Below are positions 27,318 through 40,039 of a DNA stretch of 64,000 nucleotides, one piece after another (position 1 is the first letter of the stretch; each line of letters starts with the position of its first letter). Below the pieces are notes generated by a model, which searched no databases, had not been told where the DNA came from, and was given only the letters and a program-made list of their open reading frames with translations. The position numbers and the translations under genes were made by a program. This DNA comes from Pristiophorus japonicus (lineage: Eukaryota): the NCBI RefSeq assembly GCF_044704955.1, contig NC_091989.1, positions 104,098,001 through 104,162,000 of the forward strand, in the 5' to 3' direction.

Positions 27318-29188
27318 ATAAGAACATAAGAAATAGGAACAGGAGTAGGCCATATGACCTCTCGAACCTACTCCGCCATTCAATAAGATCACGGCTGAAC
27401 TGATCATGGACACAGTTCCACTTCCCTGCTCACTCCCCACAATCCCTTATCCCCTTATCGTTCAAGAAAATGCCTATTTCAGTCTTAAATTTAATCCATG
27501 TTCCAGCTTCCACAGCTCTCTGATGCAGTGAATTCCACAGATTTACAATGCTCTGAGAGAAGAAATTTCTCCTCATGTCTGTTTTAAATGGGCAGCCTCT
27601 TATTCTAAGATCATGCCCTCTAGTTCAATCTTCTCCATCAGTGGAAACATCCTCTCTGCATACAACTTGTCAAGCCCCCTCATAATCTTCTACATTTCGA
27701 TACGATTACCTCTCATTCTTCTGAATTCCAATGAGTAGAGGCCCAACCTACTTAACGTTTCCTCATAATTCAACCCCCTCATCTCCCCAATCAACCTAGT
27801 GAACCTTCTCTGATCTGCCTCCAAAGCAAGTACATCCTTTCGTAAATATGGAAACCAAAACTGCACGCAGTATCCCAGGTATGGCCTCACCAATACCTTA
27901 TATGGCTGAAGCAAGACTTCCCTGCTTTTGTACTCCATCCCCTTTGCAGTAAAGGCCAAGATGCCATTGGCCTTCCTCATCGCCTGCTGTACGTGCATAC
28001 TGTCCTTTTGTGTTTTATGCACAAGTACCCCCAGGTCCCGCTGTACTGCTGCACTTTGCAATCTTTCACAATTTAAATAATAACTTGCTCTTTGATTTTT
28101 TTTTCTGCCAAAATTCATGACCACACACTTCCCAACATTATACTCCATCTGCCAAAGTTTTGCCCACTCACTTAGCATATCTATGTCCTTTTGCAGTTTG
28201 TTTGTGTCCTCCTCACACATTACTTTTCCACCCATCTTTGTATCATCAGCAAACTTGGCTACGTTACACTCAGTCCCTTCTTCCAAGTCGTTAATATAGA
28301 TTGTAAATAGTTGGGGTCCCAGCAGGGAGCCCTGCGGCACCCCACTAGTTACTGGTTGCCAACCAGACAATGAACCATTTATCTCAACTTTCTGTTCTCT
28401 GTTAGTTAGCCAATCCTCTATCCATGCTAATTTATTACCCCCGATCCCATGAACTTTTATCTTGTGCAGTAACATTTCATGTGGCACCTTGTCAAATGCC
28501 TTCTGGAAGTCCAAATACACCACATCCTTTGGTTCCCCTTTATCTACTCTGTTCGTTACTTCCTCAAAGAACTCCAGCAAATTTGTCAAAAATGACTTCC
28601 CCTTCATAAATCAATGCTGATTCTGCCTGACTAAATTTTGCTTTTCTAAATGTCCTGCTACTGCTTCTTTAATAATGGTCTCCAACATTTTCCCAACCAC
28701 AGATGTTAGGCTAACTGGTTTATAGTTTCCTGCTTTTTGTCTGCCTCCTTTTTTAAATAGGGGCATTACATTTGCAGTTTTCCAATCTGCTGGGACCTCC
28801 CCAGATTCCAGGGAATTTTGGTAAATTACAACAAATGCATCCACAATCCCTGCCGCTACTTCTCTTAAGACCCTAGGATGCAAGCCATCAGATCCAGGGG
28901 ATTTATTTGCCTTTAGTTCCATTATCTTACTGAGTATCACCTCCTTAGTAATTGTGATTGTGTTAAGTACCTCCCGCCTCCCCCCCCCCCCCACCACCAC
29001 CCCCCCGCCCCCTCATAGCCCCTAGACTATCTACTGTTGGAATATTGTTAGTGTCCTTGACCGTAAAGACTAATACAAAATATTTGTTCAGAGTTTCTGA
29101 CATCTCCATGTTCCCCATTACTAATTCCCTGGTCTCATCCTCTAAGGGACCAACATTTACTTTAGCCATCCTTTTCCTTTTTATATAC
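27318..29188 (-). mobile_element. 5'-truncated CR1 inserted antisense into the RT of the 19036 CR1
   Basis: 305-aa RT ORF 27690-28607 with FADD; tail (acataaga)n at 27318; host reads gaacaaacggac|cttggagtg across it. Confidence 0.92.
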
Positions 29189-30218
29189 CTTGGAGTGCTT
29201 GACAACAGATCCCTAAAAATAGCAGGCCAGGTGGATAAGGTGGAAAAGAAGGCATACAGAATGCTTGCCTTTATTGGACGAGGCATAGAATACATGAGCT
29301 GGAAGGCTATGCTTAAATTTTATCATCGTCTGGTTAATTCACAGCATGCAGTTCTGGTTGGTGTATTATAGGAAGGACATGATTGAACTCGAGAGGGTGC
29401 AGAGGAGATGTACTAGGATGCTGCCTGTAATGGAAAATCCTAGCTATGATGACACATTGCATAGGTTGGATTTGTTTTCATTGGAACAGAGGAGGTTGAG
29501 AGGAGACCTCATTGATGTGTACCAAATTTTGAGAGGCCTGGATATAATGGATAGCAAGGGCCTATTTCCCTTGGTGGAGGGGTCAATTAAGAGAGGGCAT
29601 AGTTTTAAGGTGGTTGGTGAAAATTTCAGAGGGGATTGGAGGGGAGGCCTATTCAAGCAGAGGGTTGTGAGCATGAGGAACTCACTGCCTGGAAGGGTGG
29701 TGGATGCAGAAAACCTCACCACATATAAAATATGCTTGAATGGGCTCTTGAAGTGCCTTAACCTGCAGAGTTACGGACCTAGAGCTCGTAATTGGGATTA
29801 GATTGGATGACCTTTTGTTGGTTGGCGCACTTATAATGGTAAGTATTGCAGGGAATCAAATACGGCCAGGGTGGTCTCCTGGACTAGTTTCGATCACCTG
29901 GATGGGTCAGAGAAGAATTTTCCCAGATTTTCTTCACCCCAATTGACCTGGATTTTTATTTGTTTTTTGCGTCTCCCAGCAGATCACATGGCTCTGGCGC
30001 AGGTGGAATGTAGAATGTTTCGGTGCAAGGGGTGTCTTAGTTGTGTGGGGTGGACTGGTTGGGCTGTGTGCTCTTTATCTTTATGCCATTGTTCATTGTT
30101 AATAGGTTTATACGTAACCTTCATGGCTACTGACAGAGGGCCATGCGGCTCTCTGTCGGCCGCCATGAACACAATGGGCTGAAATAGCCCCCTTCTGCGT
30201 TGTAGATTTCTATGTTTC

Positions 30219-32575
30219 ATCTAAATTTCTGTAACTCAAGTCCCTCATCTCTGGAACCTTTCTTGTAAATCTTTTCTGCACCCTCTCTGAGACCTTAACA
30301 TCCTTCCTAAAGTGCGATGTCCAGATTTGGACACAGTCCTCTAGTTGAGGCCGAACCAGGTTCATTATAACTTCTTGGCTTTCGTATTCTATGCCCCTAT
30401 TTATGAAGCCCAGGATCTGGTAAGCTTTTTGAACCGCTTTCTCAACCTGCCCTGTCAACTTCAATGATTTGTACACGTATATCTCCAAGTCTCTCTGTTT
30501 AGAACTGTACACTTTAGTTGCTATTGCCTCTCCTCGTTCTTCCTACCAAAATGTATCACTTCGCACTTTTCTGCGTTAAACTTCATCTGCCACGTGCCCA
30601 CCCATTCTACCAGCCTGTCTATGTCTCCTTGAAGTTTATCACAATCTTTCTCACTGTTCACTATTCTTGCAAGTTTTGAATCAGCTGCAAATTTTGAAAT
30701 TGTGCCCTGTACACCCAGGTCTATGCAATTAATATATATCAAGAAAATCAGTAATCCTAGTACCGACCCCTGGGGAACACCACTGTATATCTTCCGTTCA
30801 CCACTACTCTCTGTTTCCTGTCATTTAGCCAAGTTTGTATCTATGCTGCCATTGTCCCTTTTATTCCATGGAATTAAAATTTGCTGGAAAGCCTATTATG
30901 TGGCCCTTTTTCAAAAGCCTTTTCGAAATCCATGTTCACCATATCAACTTCAATGCCCTCATCAACCCTCTCTGTTACCTCATCAAAAAACTCAATTAAG
31001 TTAGTTAACACGATTTGCCTTTAACAAACCCATGCTGGCTTTCCTTAATTAATACATACTTGTTCAAGTGACAGTTAATTTTTTCCTGGATTATAATTTC
31101 TAAAAGCTTGCTGTTGTGCAGCATTATTCAATACGTGACGCATGTCTGTTTCAGAGTAATAAAGAGTTCTTTATTTAAACGTGCAAGGGAGAGGTGTTCT
31201 TTGTGAGTCCGTACTCAGCTCCGACACCCACTCTCTCTGAACATTTCATCATCACCTTTATAAAGTTACTTTACATATTTTGGTCAGCAGTTTTTCTGTT
31301 CAAAGTTCATATGAAGTTTGTGGTTTGTATATGCGAAACCGTTATTGCTTCTTGGAACTAGCAAACTACGCCTTTCACAATGAGCCACATCTCATGCTCG
31401 TGCTTCGGACGTTATTTCAGTGGATTTACTTTAGCTCTAGCGTGTTTGCGGTTTATGCATACGTGATATCTCAGCCGTTACAGCTAGTGCACAGGTTGCA
31501 CATGTTAACCCCTTAATTCCTGAAGGACACAATGTCCCACTTCACTTCCCCACTACCGAGGTTAAACCGACTGGCATGTAATTGCTGGGGTTATCCTTAC
31601 ACCCTTTCTTGAACAAGAGTGTTACATTTGCAAGTCCTCTGGCACCAGCTCCTTATCCTAGGAGGAAAAGAATATTATGTCCAATACTTCCCTCATCATC
31701 CTAGGATGCATCTGCTTTGATCCTGGTGACTTATCAAGTTTAGGTACAGCCATCCTTTCTAGTACCTCTTCCTTATCATTTTTTATCCCATCCAGTATCT
31801 CCACTACCTCCTCTTTCATTATGAATTTGGAAGCATCTGTTTTCTTGTTAAAGACAGATGCAAAGTACTCATTTAGTACCTCAGCCATGCCCTCTATCTC
31901 CATGCGTATGTCTACATTTCGGTCCCGAATCGGCCCCACCCCTTCACGTCCTATCCCTTTACACGTTATATGTCTACAGAAGACATTTGGATTTTCTTTT
32001 ATATTAGCTGCCAATCTATTCTCATATTCTCTTTGCCCCTCTTATTTACTTCCATTTCTGAACTTTAGGTATTCAGCCTGGTTCTCACTTGTATTCTCAA
32101 CCTGACATCTGACCTATGCCCCGTTTTTCTGCTTCATCATACTCTCTATCTCATTCGTGATCCAGGGAGCTCTGGCTTTGGTTGCCCCATCTTTTCCCCT
32201 GTTGTGAATGTACCTCGACTGTACCCAAACCATTTCCTCTTTAAAGACAGCCCGTTGTTCAATTACAATGTTGCCTGCCAATCTCTGATTCCAAGTTACT
32301 GGGTGCAGATCCATTCTCAACCCACTGAAATTGGCTTTACTCCAATTAAGTATTTTTACTCTAGATTGCTCCCTGTCATTTTCCATTGCTAGTCTATAAG
32401 CCTTATAATACTGTGATCGCGGTTCCCACTATTGTTCCCTTACTGAAACTTGACACACCTCTTTCCCCAAAACCACATCCAGCAATGCCTCCTTCCTCAT
32501 TTAGTCGGAAACGGATCAAGAAAGTTCTCATGACCACACCAGAAATTCTTGTCCCTCTCTGCCCTTTACATATCA
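30219..32575 (-). mobile_element. Degenerate CR1 ORF2 fragment interrupted by a solo LTR
   Basis: ISKFAADSK, DKSPGS.QMHPR, LNWSKANF motifs; host collinear across 31111/31545. Confidence 0.85.
31112..31544 (-). mobile_element. Solo LTR (433 bp)
   Basis: TG...CA termini; 5-bp TSD CTTGC/CTTCC; splits CR1 sequence; minus-strand AATAAA near the left end; orientation tentative. Confidence 0.75.
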
Positions 32576-33539
32576 AGAAACAATGCAAGAATAGGGCTTC
32601 CTATAATTGTACAGATACGAATGTTATGAAACAACAGCTGATTATTCCGTGTACATATTATTACCTCAGTACGCTAAGTTTTTATGCAATCATTTCTCGA
32701 AAGGAAGTTGATGGCAAGGTTTTTCGTAGCTGAAAAATGTCACTATAATTAACAGTGTTCAGAAGCTCTTGGCTCAATTTCGTGCTAAACCATCATTTTG
32801 CCCTCAACAGCTTTGGACTATCTGTAAACTCCAAGAATTGAAGGAGCCCCCATAGCGAGAGAGATTCTGCTATCACCGACACTCCTGGACAGAACAACAG
32901 AAAAGTATTTGCATCCAACAGTTGTTCTCCTCATCTTCACCCTGTCTGCTGCTCTCACTATTGGTTCCCTATGCTATCATATTACTGTCAGCGCTGTTTC
33001 AAATGTTTACCGTTTTTCCTCCTAAACTGCAAATATGTCTTCCAGCAGGCTCTTCTTCATTTCTACTCCCTCAAACAGTTGAATTCAAGACGTATTCCTT
33101 GAAGACCTCCAAACCTTGCTCACTCTTTGCTTCCTCCGATTATCGACATGATTTCAAAACCTCTGCTTACTATTATGAATCACAGCCTCCTGATTTGCAT
33201 TGTGCTTGATCTTAGGCCTTTCAATCTCAAAGGGGACCATATCCATACAACTTGGTTTTTGAATTTAGAATAAATTTAAATGCAGGGAGTGCGTGGCATT
33301 GTGTTTGGAACATTACAGTTCTTTCACCATTGCAGACGCCCGTCACATTAAATTGCTTTGGCCAGCTCAATTGACTTGATCAATTATGTTCTCAAGTTCA
33401 ACTTATTATGAAACTTAAATATATTTTTCAACAGACACAAAATGGTCTGAGGTTGCCTTGAAATAACATTGGGTGTTGTGATGAGGCTTTAATCTACATG
33501 AAGCTCACACCTCCATTTCATTCTTTGAATTCGGCCGTT

Positions 33540-33674
33540 GAGACCACAGTCACATGCGTGTAGTCTCTCACGTCATTATCTCACAATTCACATCAGGTTA
33601 TGCACAGAATTATTTCCCCAAAGTATTAGAGTTCCGTGTTTGTTGTTTTCAAACGGCCAGTATCAATCACTGAA
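33540..33674 (+). promoter_or_regulatory. Candidate proximal promoter of gene B
   Basis: RUNX-type GACCACA 33542-33548, CRE-like TCACGTCA 33568-33575 and GATA-type TTATCT 33576-33581 just upstream of the ATG; motif matches only. Confidence 0.35.
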
Positions 33675-33729
33675 ATGGCTATGAGAGCTGTACTTCGGAG
33701 TATACAGTTCATGGGGCTTACTTTCATAG
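33675..33729 (+). CDS. Gene B exon 1, leader peptide (MAMRAVLRSIQFMGLTFI)
   Basis: ATG in gaaATGg context, phase-1 donor gtattt, 102-nt intron ending tttcttaatag. Confidence 0.8.
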
Positions 33730-33831
33730 GTATTTTCTTTAGTTCGTTCTTTGTCTTTATGCCTCTCTCTCTCTCTGAATCTCGCTCCATTTTTTTTTTA
33801 TAACTCTAACAAATGTTCATTTTCTTAATAG

Positions 33832-34143
33832 TTGCTGCGGATACTCTGTTTGAAGTAGCCCAAGCCCCTGAAAATACCAATTCGATCGCTGGTGCAAACG
33901 TTGCCTTCAATTGCACGTTTCCTATTTTGCAACACGATTCAGATGTGGATGTTCATTGGTGGAAACTTGGCGAAAATGAATTTATACAACCAGACACCAG
34001 GAAACGATTTCTTATTGAGAAAGGAAGAGTCTATTTCGAACTCCGGAATATCAGTGTCCAGGACTCTGGAGTTTATCATTGCGGAGTGATACGTCGGGGA
34101 AACATGTTCGTAAATGGAAGCGGATCAAAGCTTGTTGTTAGAG
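33832..34143 (+). CDS. Gene B exon 2, V-set Ig domain with germline-joined J-like segment
   Basis: VAQAP..G.NVAFNC..VHWWK..RF..LRNISVQDSGVYHC..NGSGSKLVV; phase 1/1; donor gtaaga. Confidence 0.93.
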
Positions 34144-34654
34144 GTAAGAACATTGTAAAGAGCGAATAGGCGGTATTGTCTTACAGTTATTAAATATAAA
34201 TATTAACGTATAGCATTCCTCACTCTCTCACTGTAGCTTTAAACTTACATTAGAAATCAAACGGTTCAATTATAATTCTAGTTACAAAGTTGTAATTATA
34301 AATATAACACGTGTAGAGCGGTTTGCTGTTTTTAAGCCACCTTAATGTTTCATTAATCTTTAGTTCTATAATTTCATGCATGTAAGCTTGCGCAGGAAGC
34401 GTTGTCATGCCATTCAGGTGCGAATGCAAATTGTGATAACTTCAAAGGTTTTCAGTATAAATTACATTTTCATTGGCCTTATTTCAATATATCCGAAACA
34501 GTTTAAAACTGCAGTTTGATGACCATCTAAACTATCAGTCTAAACGTGCTGTTTTCGAGTATAAAGTCTAATTTCAATTATACATGTATGCAAAAGTTAA
34601 TCTACATGATCATTTTTGAATGTTGTGTCCCTGCTCTTGCTGCGATAAATAAGA

Positions 34655-35075
34655 AAGAGTTTGTACTTATATGCCGCATTTGGTGTCCCAAAGCGTTTTA
34701 CAACCAATTAAGTGCTTTTGAAATCTAGTTACTGTATTAGTGTAGGCAAACGTGGCAGCGAATGTACAAGCAGCAATGTCCGACAATGGGACATTTCATG
34801 GTGGTGACTGAGGGATAAATATTGGCCAGGACATCGAGACCATATCTATGCACTGCTTCGAGTAGTGCCATGGGAGGGTTTACGTTCACCTGAGAGGGCA
34901 GAAGGGGCCGAGGTTTAACATTTCATCGAACATCGCTCCGACAGTGCAACATTCCCTCCGTACTGCACTGAAGGGCCAGTCTTGATGATTTGTGTTGAAG
35001 TCTCTGGAATAGGCTTAGAAGTCACGAAGTTCTTACTCGGAGGCAGGGGTGCTACTGCTAAGCCACGACTGACAA
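34655..35075 (-). mobile_element. Deu-domain SINE (SacSINE1-like) in gene B intron 2
   Basis: Reverse complement of the element at 42400-42780; matches the recalled Deu core and cgctttgggac...tatataa tail. Confidence 0.7.
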
Positions 35076-35719
35076 TGTATTCTCTAGGACTGAGAGATCA
35101 GAGTCTCGGAAGCCTGGTTCTATTTCCTGTTCTTCAGAAAGTAGCTTCTCTCGGCCTCTGGTCGACGAACCAAATAATTTCCATCTCCTCAAATCCCTTC
35201 AAAAACGAATATATTATCGATAAAGAATTTTGTGAATGTGTCCCTGAATTGTGCAAACTCCATTCGCCGCAGTTGTTAATTTCTAGATATGAATGTTCCA
35301 TGACGCCAAAGTAACCCGTGAAGTGAAAGGTTCGTTTTTGGTTAATATCCCCGATTGTGATGTTATACGTTTATTATGCAAGTAATACGAATAAAGAAAA
35401 ACCTCGTGGCTGGAAATAGAATTCCTTTTGTGGTCGCGGTTAACTGTGAGAGAAAGTTCGCATCTAAGATGCTATTTATGTCTTGCCGTTGTTTATTTCT
35501 CGGGTTACCTCAGTAACAAGACGGGCGATGATGTGGGGTTGCGCTTCCTCTGCGCACCGTAGGTAGTGACAATGTGTGAGCGCATTCTGAAGGTTTTGTC
35601 GGGTTGGGAATAGTGGGCATAGAAGGTCTTCACAAATGCATCTTCAATTCGCTACACAGACCAGGAGAATGCTTCATCCACGCTTTCAAATTGTTCTCAA
35701 TAACGAGGTAACGCTGGAA

Positions 35720-36020
35720 AGTGAGGTTTCTATGTTTTATAGAGGGAGATGTATAAATTGTGAACATAATGGGCAAAAGAGGGGAAAATTACACAGCAAG
35801 TTGCTATGATCTGAAATGCACTGCCTGAAAGGGTGGCCGAAACCGATTCTATAGCAACCTTCAACAAGGAAATTGGTTAACTACTTGAAGGGGAACATTT
35901 GCGGGGCTCTGGGGAAAGAGCAGGGGTGTGGAACTAATTAGATTGTTCTTCCAATGAGCCAGCATAGGTACGATGGGCCGAGTGGCCTATTTTTGTGCTG
36001 TATATTCTATGATTCTATAA
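35720..36020 (+). mobile_element. CR1 3' UTR fragment in gene B intron 2
   Basis: gatgggccgagtggcct...attctatgattctat tail. Confidence 0.7.
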
Positions 36021-36203
36021 TCTATAGTAATTAAAACGTAATGTTTTCAATTCACCATAAACACACAGATGTATAGCTTTCTCATACTGTTGTATCCGAT
36101 CTGAAGACATATTATGCCATTTGGAGTGTTCCACAAAAGGAGATTAAGTCATAAATTCCAGAATAGATCAGAAATGTAACTTTCTTTTTCGACCTGTCAC
36201 CAG

Positions 36204-36521
36204 CTCCCCCAACTCCCCTGAGGATTGTTCGAAAAGAATCGGAAAGTAATGTACCTGTATTCGATTCTTTGACTCTCGTGTGTGAAATGTCTTCATTTTA
36301 CCCGGATGAACTGGCTATCACTTGGTACAAAAATAATGGAAGTATTGAGACCGGAATACATACTACTAAGCAGCTCAGCAGAGCCGGGATGTATGAAGCT
36401 TCCAGTTTTTTTGCAGAGGCACAGCCTGTCCAAGGAGGAACTGTTTATGTCTGTCTGGTTGCTCACGTGACCCTCCAGTTTCCAGCCATGGTAATTTACT
36501 TGGTTCCAAATTCTAATTCAG
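36204..36521 (+). CDS. Gene B exon 3, C1-set Ig domain
   Basis: LTLVC...FYPDELAITWYKN...G.YEASS...YVCLVAHVTL; acceptor tcaccag, donor gtaaga, phase 1/1. Confidence 0.93.
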
Positions 36522-37910
36522 GTAAGATGTCACTTTGCTTACAAAAATAAACGTCTGCCAGTAATCTGAGTGAATTATTATGAGACGTGTAAAGATTTTC
36601 TCTTTTGCTGTTTAAAGTGTAAGAAATGTAGCTACAAATTGCGAACAGTGTAAATGATCAACCACATGATATTTTTGTAATATCCCATCAATATTAAAAG
36701 GATTACTATTTACTGTTTATTTCCAGAGCACATAGATTTTCAGTTTCTGATATATCACCTCCTCCGGAATGGTTACAGGCGGAACTTTCAACTTCGGTGG
36801 GGTGGGATGCAAAACTGGCGGTATAGGATCGGGCGCGTTATGCACACGCCAGATTTTCCTTTCGATTTGTTTTTATATACCTACCAAAGCTGAACGTTCG
36901 CCCAGTGCATCCCGTCAGTTCAGTAAATATTGCAACCTGGAAAACAGTTATGTACAAAATTATTTTTTTTCACATCAGGCCAAGTTTATTCATCAATTTG
37001 CACTCTTCGTTCAAACTGCCTCCACTATCACCTCATCTCAAATCAAATAACCGCTGATTTAGTGCAAAATGATCGAAACGCTTAGTAGATTACGTTGATC
37101 TAGAACACGTATGTGGCTTGAGTGTTGCAATTCTTTAATGTGAAGTGTCAAATGATGTAGTATTGTGCTGATCGCTCTATGGCAAATATATGTGTGACCA
37201 TTTCCTGTGATCGCTATTGCTAGTGAAATGGGAATCATGCAAACCAGTTATCTTAGGTACCGAGTACTAGCTGCATATTTTTTCTTTTCTTCAAATAGTG
37301 GCAGTTACATCGTTTGGAATGCATGGAGCGTTGATGAAACAAAGCAGCGGTGTGATAAATTTTACAAACATAATTCTACAGAAAAAAGCAACAAGCTTAG
37401 ACATACCTAGCAGAGGAAATGCTCCCAAAAGAAGTTATGACAAAATCCCACATAGTGACGAGGGCAAATGCTAAATTAATTAATTAACTATTTAAAACTA
37501 AAAATTAATTTTTATCTTATCAATAGAAAATGCTCTTATCCCGCAGAGTGAAAAACAGATACAGAAACTCAAGATCGGCCAGCCTTCCAGGAACATAGAA
37601 TAAACAGGGATGAAATTGGTCTTTAGCGGTAGCTAAAAATGGCCAATATCCATTCAGTCTTCTTTACACTCCTGGCGATTTTCTATTACATTAGCCCGTT
37701 TTCCGCCGGGCGATAAGGATAATGTCTCCCACCCTTTGCGTTTAGTTTTCAATAGCGATAAATCAATTTCCATCAGTTAACAATTTGATTACCCATGCTC
37801 AACTGACGTAAACATTTGTTCAAGTATCAGATTCCGTTTAGGGCTCTAACTGTTGACGGCATCCTCAACAATGCACAGCCCTATATGTAAAAGTTATATT
37901 AATTTTGCAG

Positions 37911-38030
37911 GCAGTGACTGTACCTCACCCTCACCTTATTTACGGATCATTGGATGTGCAGGCTTTGCGATGACGTTTCTGGTGCTACTGATTATTGTTG
38001 GAATGTCGTTCACATGCAGTAACAGTAAAG
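37911..38030 (+). CDS. Gene B exon 4, stalk + transmembrane (GSDCTSPSPYLRIIGCAGFAMTFLVLLIIVGMSFTCSNSK)
   Basis: Acceptor aattttgcag, donor gtaagt, phase 1/1; hydrophobic helix with an N-terminal Arg. Confidence 0.88.
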
Positions 38031-38556
38031 GTAAGTTATCACCAGATTGTAAAAGTTAAATCCAAATTAAAACAAACAGAAAGGGCTAGTCAGCATGACT
38101 TGATCCACGCTGTAATTTACTGGTCAGAAAATTTTTTGCCGCTGGAATAGAGCTCTTGGTGGTGGTTGAATTTTGAAATCGGTCTGTGGTCCGGAAATGC
38201 AGTTTTTATATTAGAATAGTATGAACATAAAGATGGATTGTATCTCCGCTGCGCGGTCTCCCACCACACCACAATCGGAAAATGGTCTCCCTCATGTTTA
38301 AATACACTAGGGGATGAATATATCTGAAATTCTTCTCCCGATTTTTTTCAGGCAGAGGTGTCAGACTGTTTATGTCTTTATAGAGAGCAATGTCGCATTA
38401 ATATTGATCAACTGGTATCCCACGGCGAAAATCCAGATTGCGGAGTGTTATGATTGTTTTTCGACTTTGCCCTCACTGTAATTTGACATTGGCCGTACTT
38501 GCTGTATCATATTGTGCATCATTAACAATGACGTTTTGAATTTTGTGTTTTGCCAG

Positions 38557-38603
38557 GCAGACACAGAAAAAATGAAGCAAACAATGGTGACGAGTCTAAG
38601 TAA
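38557..38603 (+). CDS. Gene B exon 5, short cytoplasmic tail GRHRKNEANNGDESK* (total predicted product 283 aa)
   Basis: Acceptor ttttgtgttttgccag; 44 coding nt like gene A exon 2925-2968, then TAA where a GT donor is expected. Confidence 0.65.
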
Positions 38604-40039
38604 ACATTCATCCGATTGACGTTTAAAGCGCATTGTGATGATTAATTTCAGATTCCAGCATTCGCCGTATTTTACTTCTGTTTTAGTGATCATTTTGTGT
38701 TGAGCTCAGAACATTCCAATTCTATTTCTGACAAGGGGTAACACTTCTGTGTGCTTTTCCAGTTGACTTACTTTGGAATGGGACATCGAAATCTGTCAGC
38801 ATGTAGTACTCTCAAGAAGGCTGGCGCAGAATTCGTACCGAAATCCATTGTCCAGGCACTCAGTCTGCCCAGGTCCAGGAGCAGTGCACTTTCTGTCCGG
38901 ACCAATACAACAGTCTGGGGACACTCCCAGTGTATGCCGACACAGTGGCAGGGTCTAATGCCCGGTGAGAAAGGCAGGACATATAAGTGAGGCACCGGGT
39001 CGCAGGGTTTTGAAAGCAGCAGCTAGCAGGCTCCCAAACCCAGACAATGGTTTGGTAACTTGGGAAAAATATCCAACTTAACTTTTAGCATTCTATTTGT
39101 TTTGTTGCAAGGCCTTTTGAGGCCATCTAGTCGGTGGAGAGCAGGCAGCCACGGCGCAAATCTAATATCTTCTTCATGAGGCATCTCTGCATCGAGATAC
39201 TTAAAATTCTTCGTATAGGAAATGGGCATGAGACCAAGAGTTCCCTCTCCCACCTAGCTGCCATGAGTAGGTCGAGCTGGACTACTGCTGTCCCTAGATC
39301 CCGAAGCAAAATAACGGGGATTAGGCCCGGTGTAATTGGTCAGTGTCCCTATTTTCCTGACCGCTGCGCCCAAGGACATGTAATTTTACTCGGGCAAAAA
39401 TATGGAAAATGAACCTTACACGAAAATCCCATCTTGGGGTGTGTTATTTTGAAACATCGATATACTTTCTCCTGAGATTGGCAGTTTAGTTTCAATTAGC
39501 CACAGTTCCGCACCAGCAACTATTTTCCACCCACTCCTCAAGGACGAGCTCCCCATTGCCCTTGGAAACCCAGCTTGGAGCCCTGCAAGGAAATTGTAAA
39601 AGGTTGGCCACGGAAGATTGACTTGGGCCAATGACATAACAGTGAGTGGCCACAAAGAGCGTTGCACCAAATTAAGTTTTTTGTGCTGTTGTTATGCACC
39701 ATGTAACTCTCGCTAGAGGCACACAGAATGGTAGTTTTAAATTTATGTCCCACGCTTTGCGTACTCAAAGTGGGTTGAGACTGCGTTTTTGAGGCGAGTG
39801 TAGCATTTCAGAGATTTAGAGCGCTCCTGCTTGTAACATTGAAACGTTTGTATTTATGTGCATCCATAAACACTTGGCGTCAATGGAATTTGACGATATT
39901 ACCTACATTACCTACATGTGCTCCAAAATAATTATTTTGCTGTTCATTTGGACCTCCTGATGTCGTGGAGGGCGCTATACAAATGCAAATGATCTTACTT
40001 TTTTCAAAATGCTATCTGAAAAGTATGCTAAGCGTTTGG

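Larger units (their letters stand above)
19036..30218 (+). mobile_element. Full-length older CR1 (repeat-containing 5' UTR, ORF1 from 19321, ORF2 to 29801, long 3' UTR), interrupted by a Gypsy element and a minus-strand CR1
   Basis: ORF1 CTSCDMW..CRRC, VIGDSIVRG; ORF2 is collinear across 21070/25800 and 27317/29189; tail tttctatgtt at about 30210. Confidence 0.87.

Noticed and set aside
28975-29012. C-rich run giving a poly-Gly ORF
   Set aside because: Simple-sequence expansion within a dead CR1, possibly a homopolymer error.
33832-34300. Rearranging Ig/TCR V segment
   Set aside because: No heptamer/nonamer RSS seen after the V core; the J-like strand and splice donor are in the same exon.
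36770-36910. Short degenerate palindromic segments (also about 3990-4090 and 37600-37770)
   Set aside because: They look like old MITE-like repeats but are too eroded to delimit.
38341-38400. Alternative gene B cytoplasmic exon after tttttttcag
   Set aside because: No size or sequence match to gene A; the 38557 exon matches gene A in length and phase.
38750-39830. GC-richer segment with short ORFs (also 41440-42300)
   Set aside because: Probably non-autonomous DNA-transposon remnants, but I could not define TIRs, TSDs or coding motifs.
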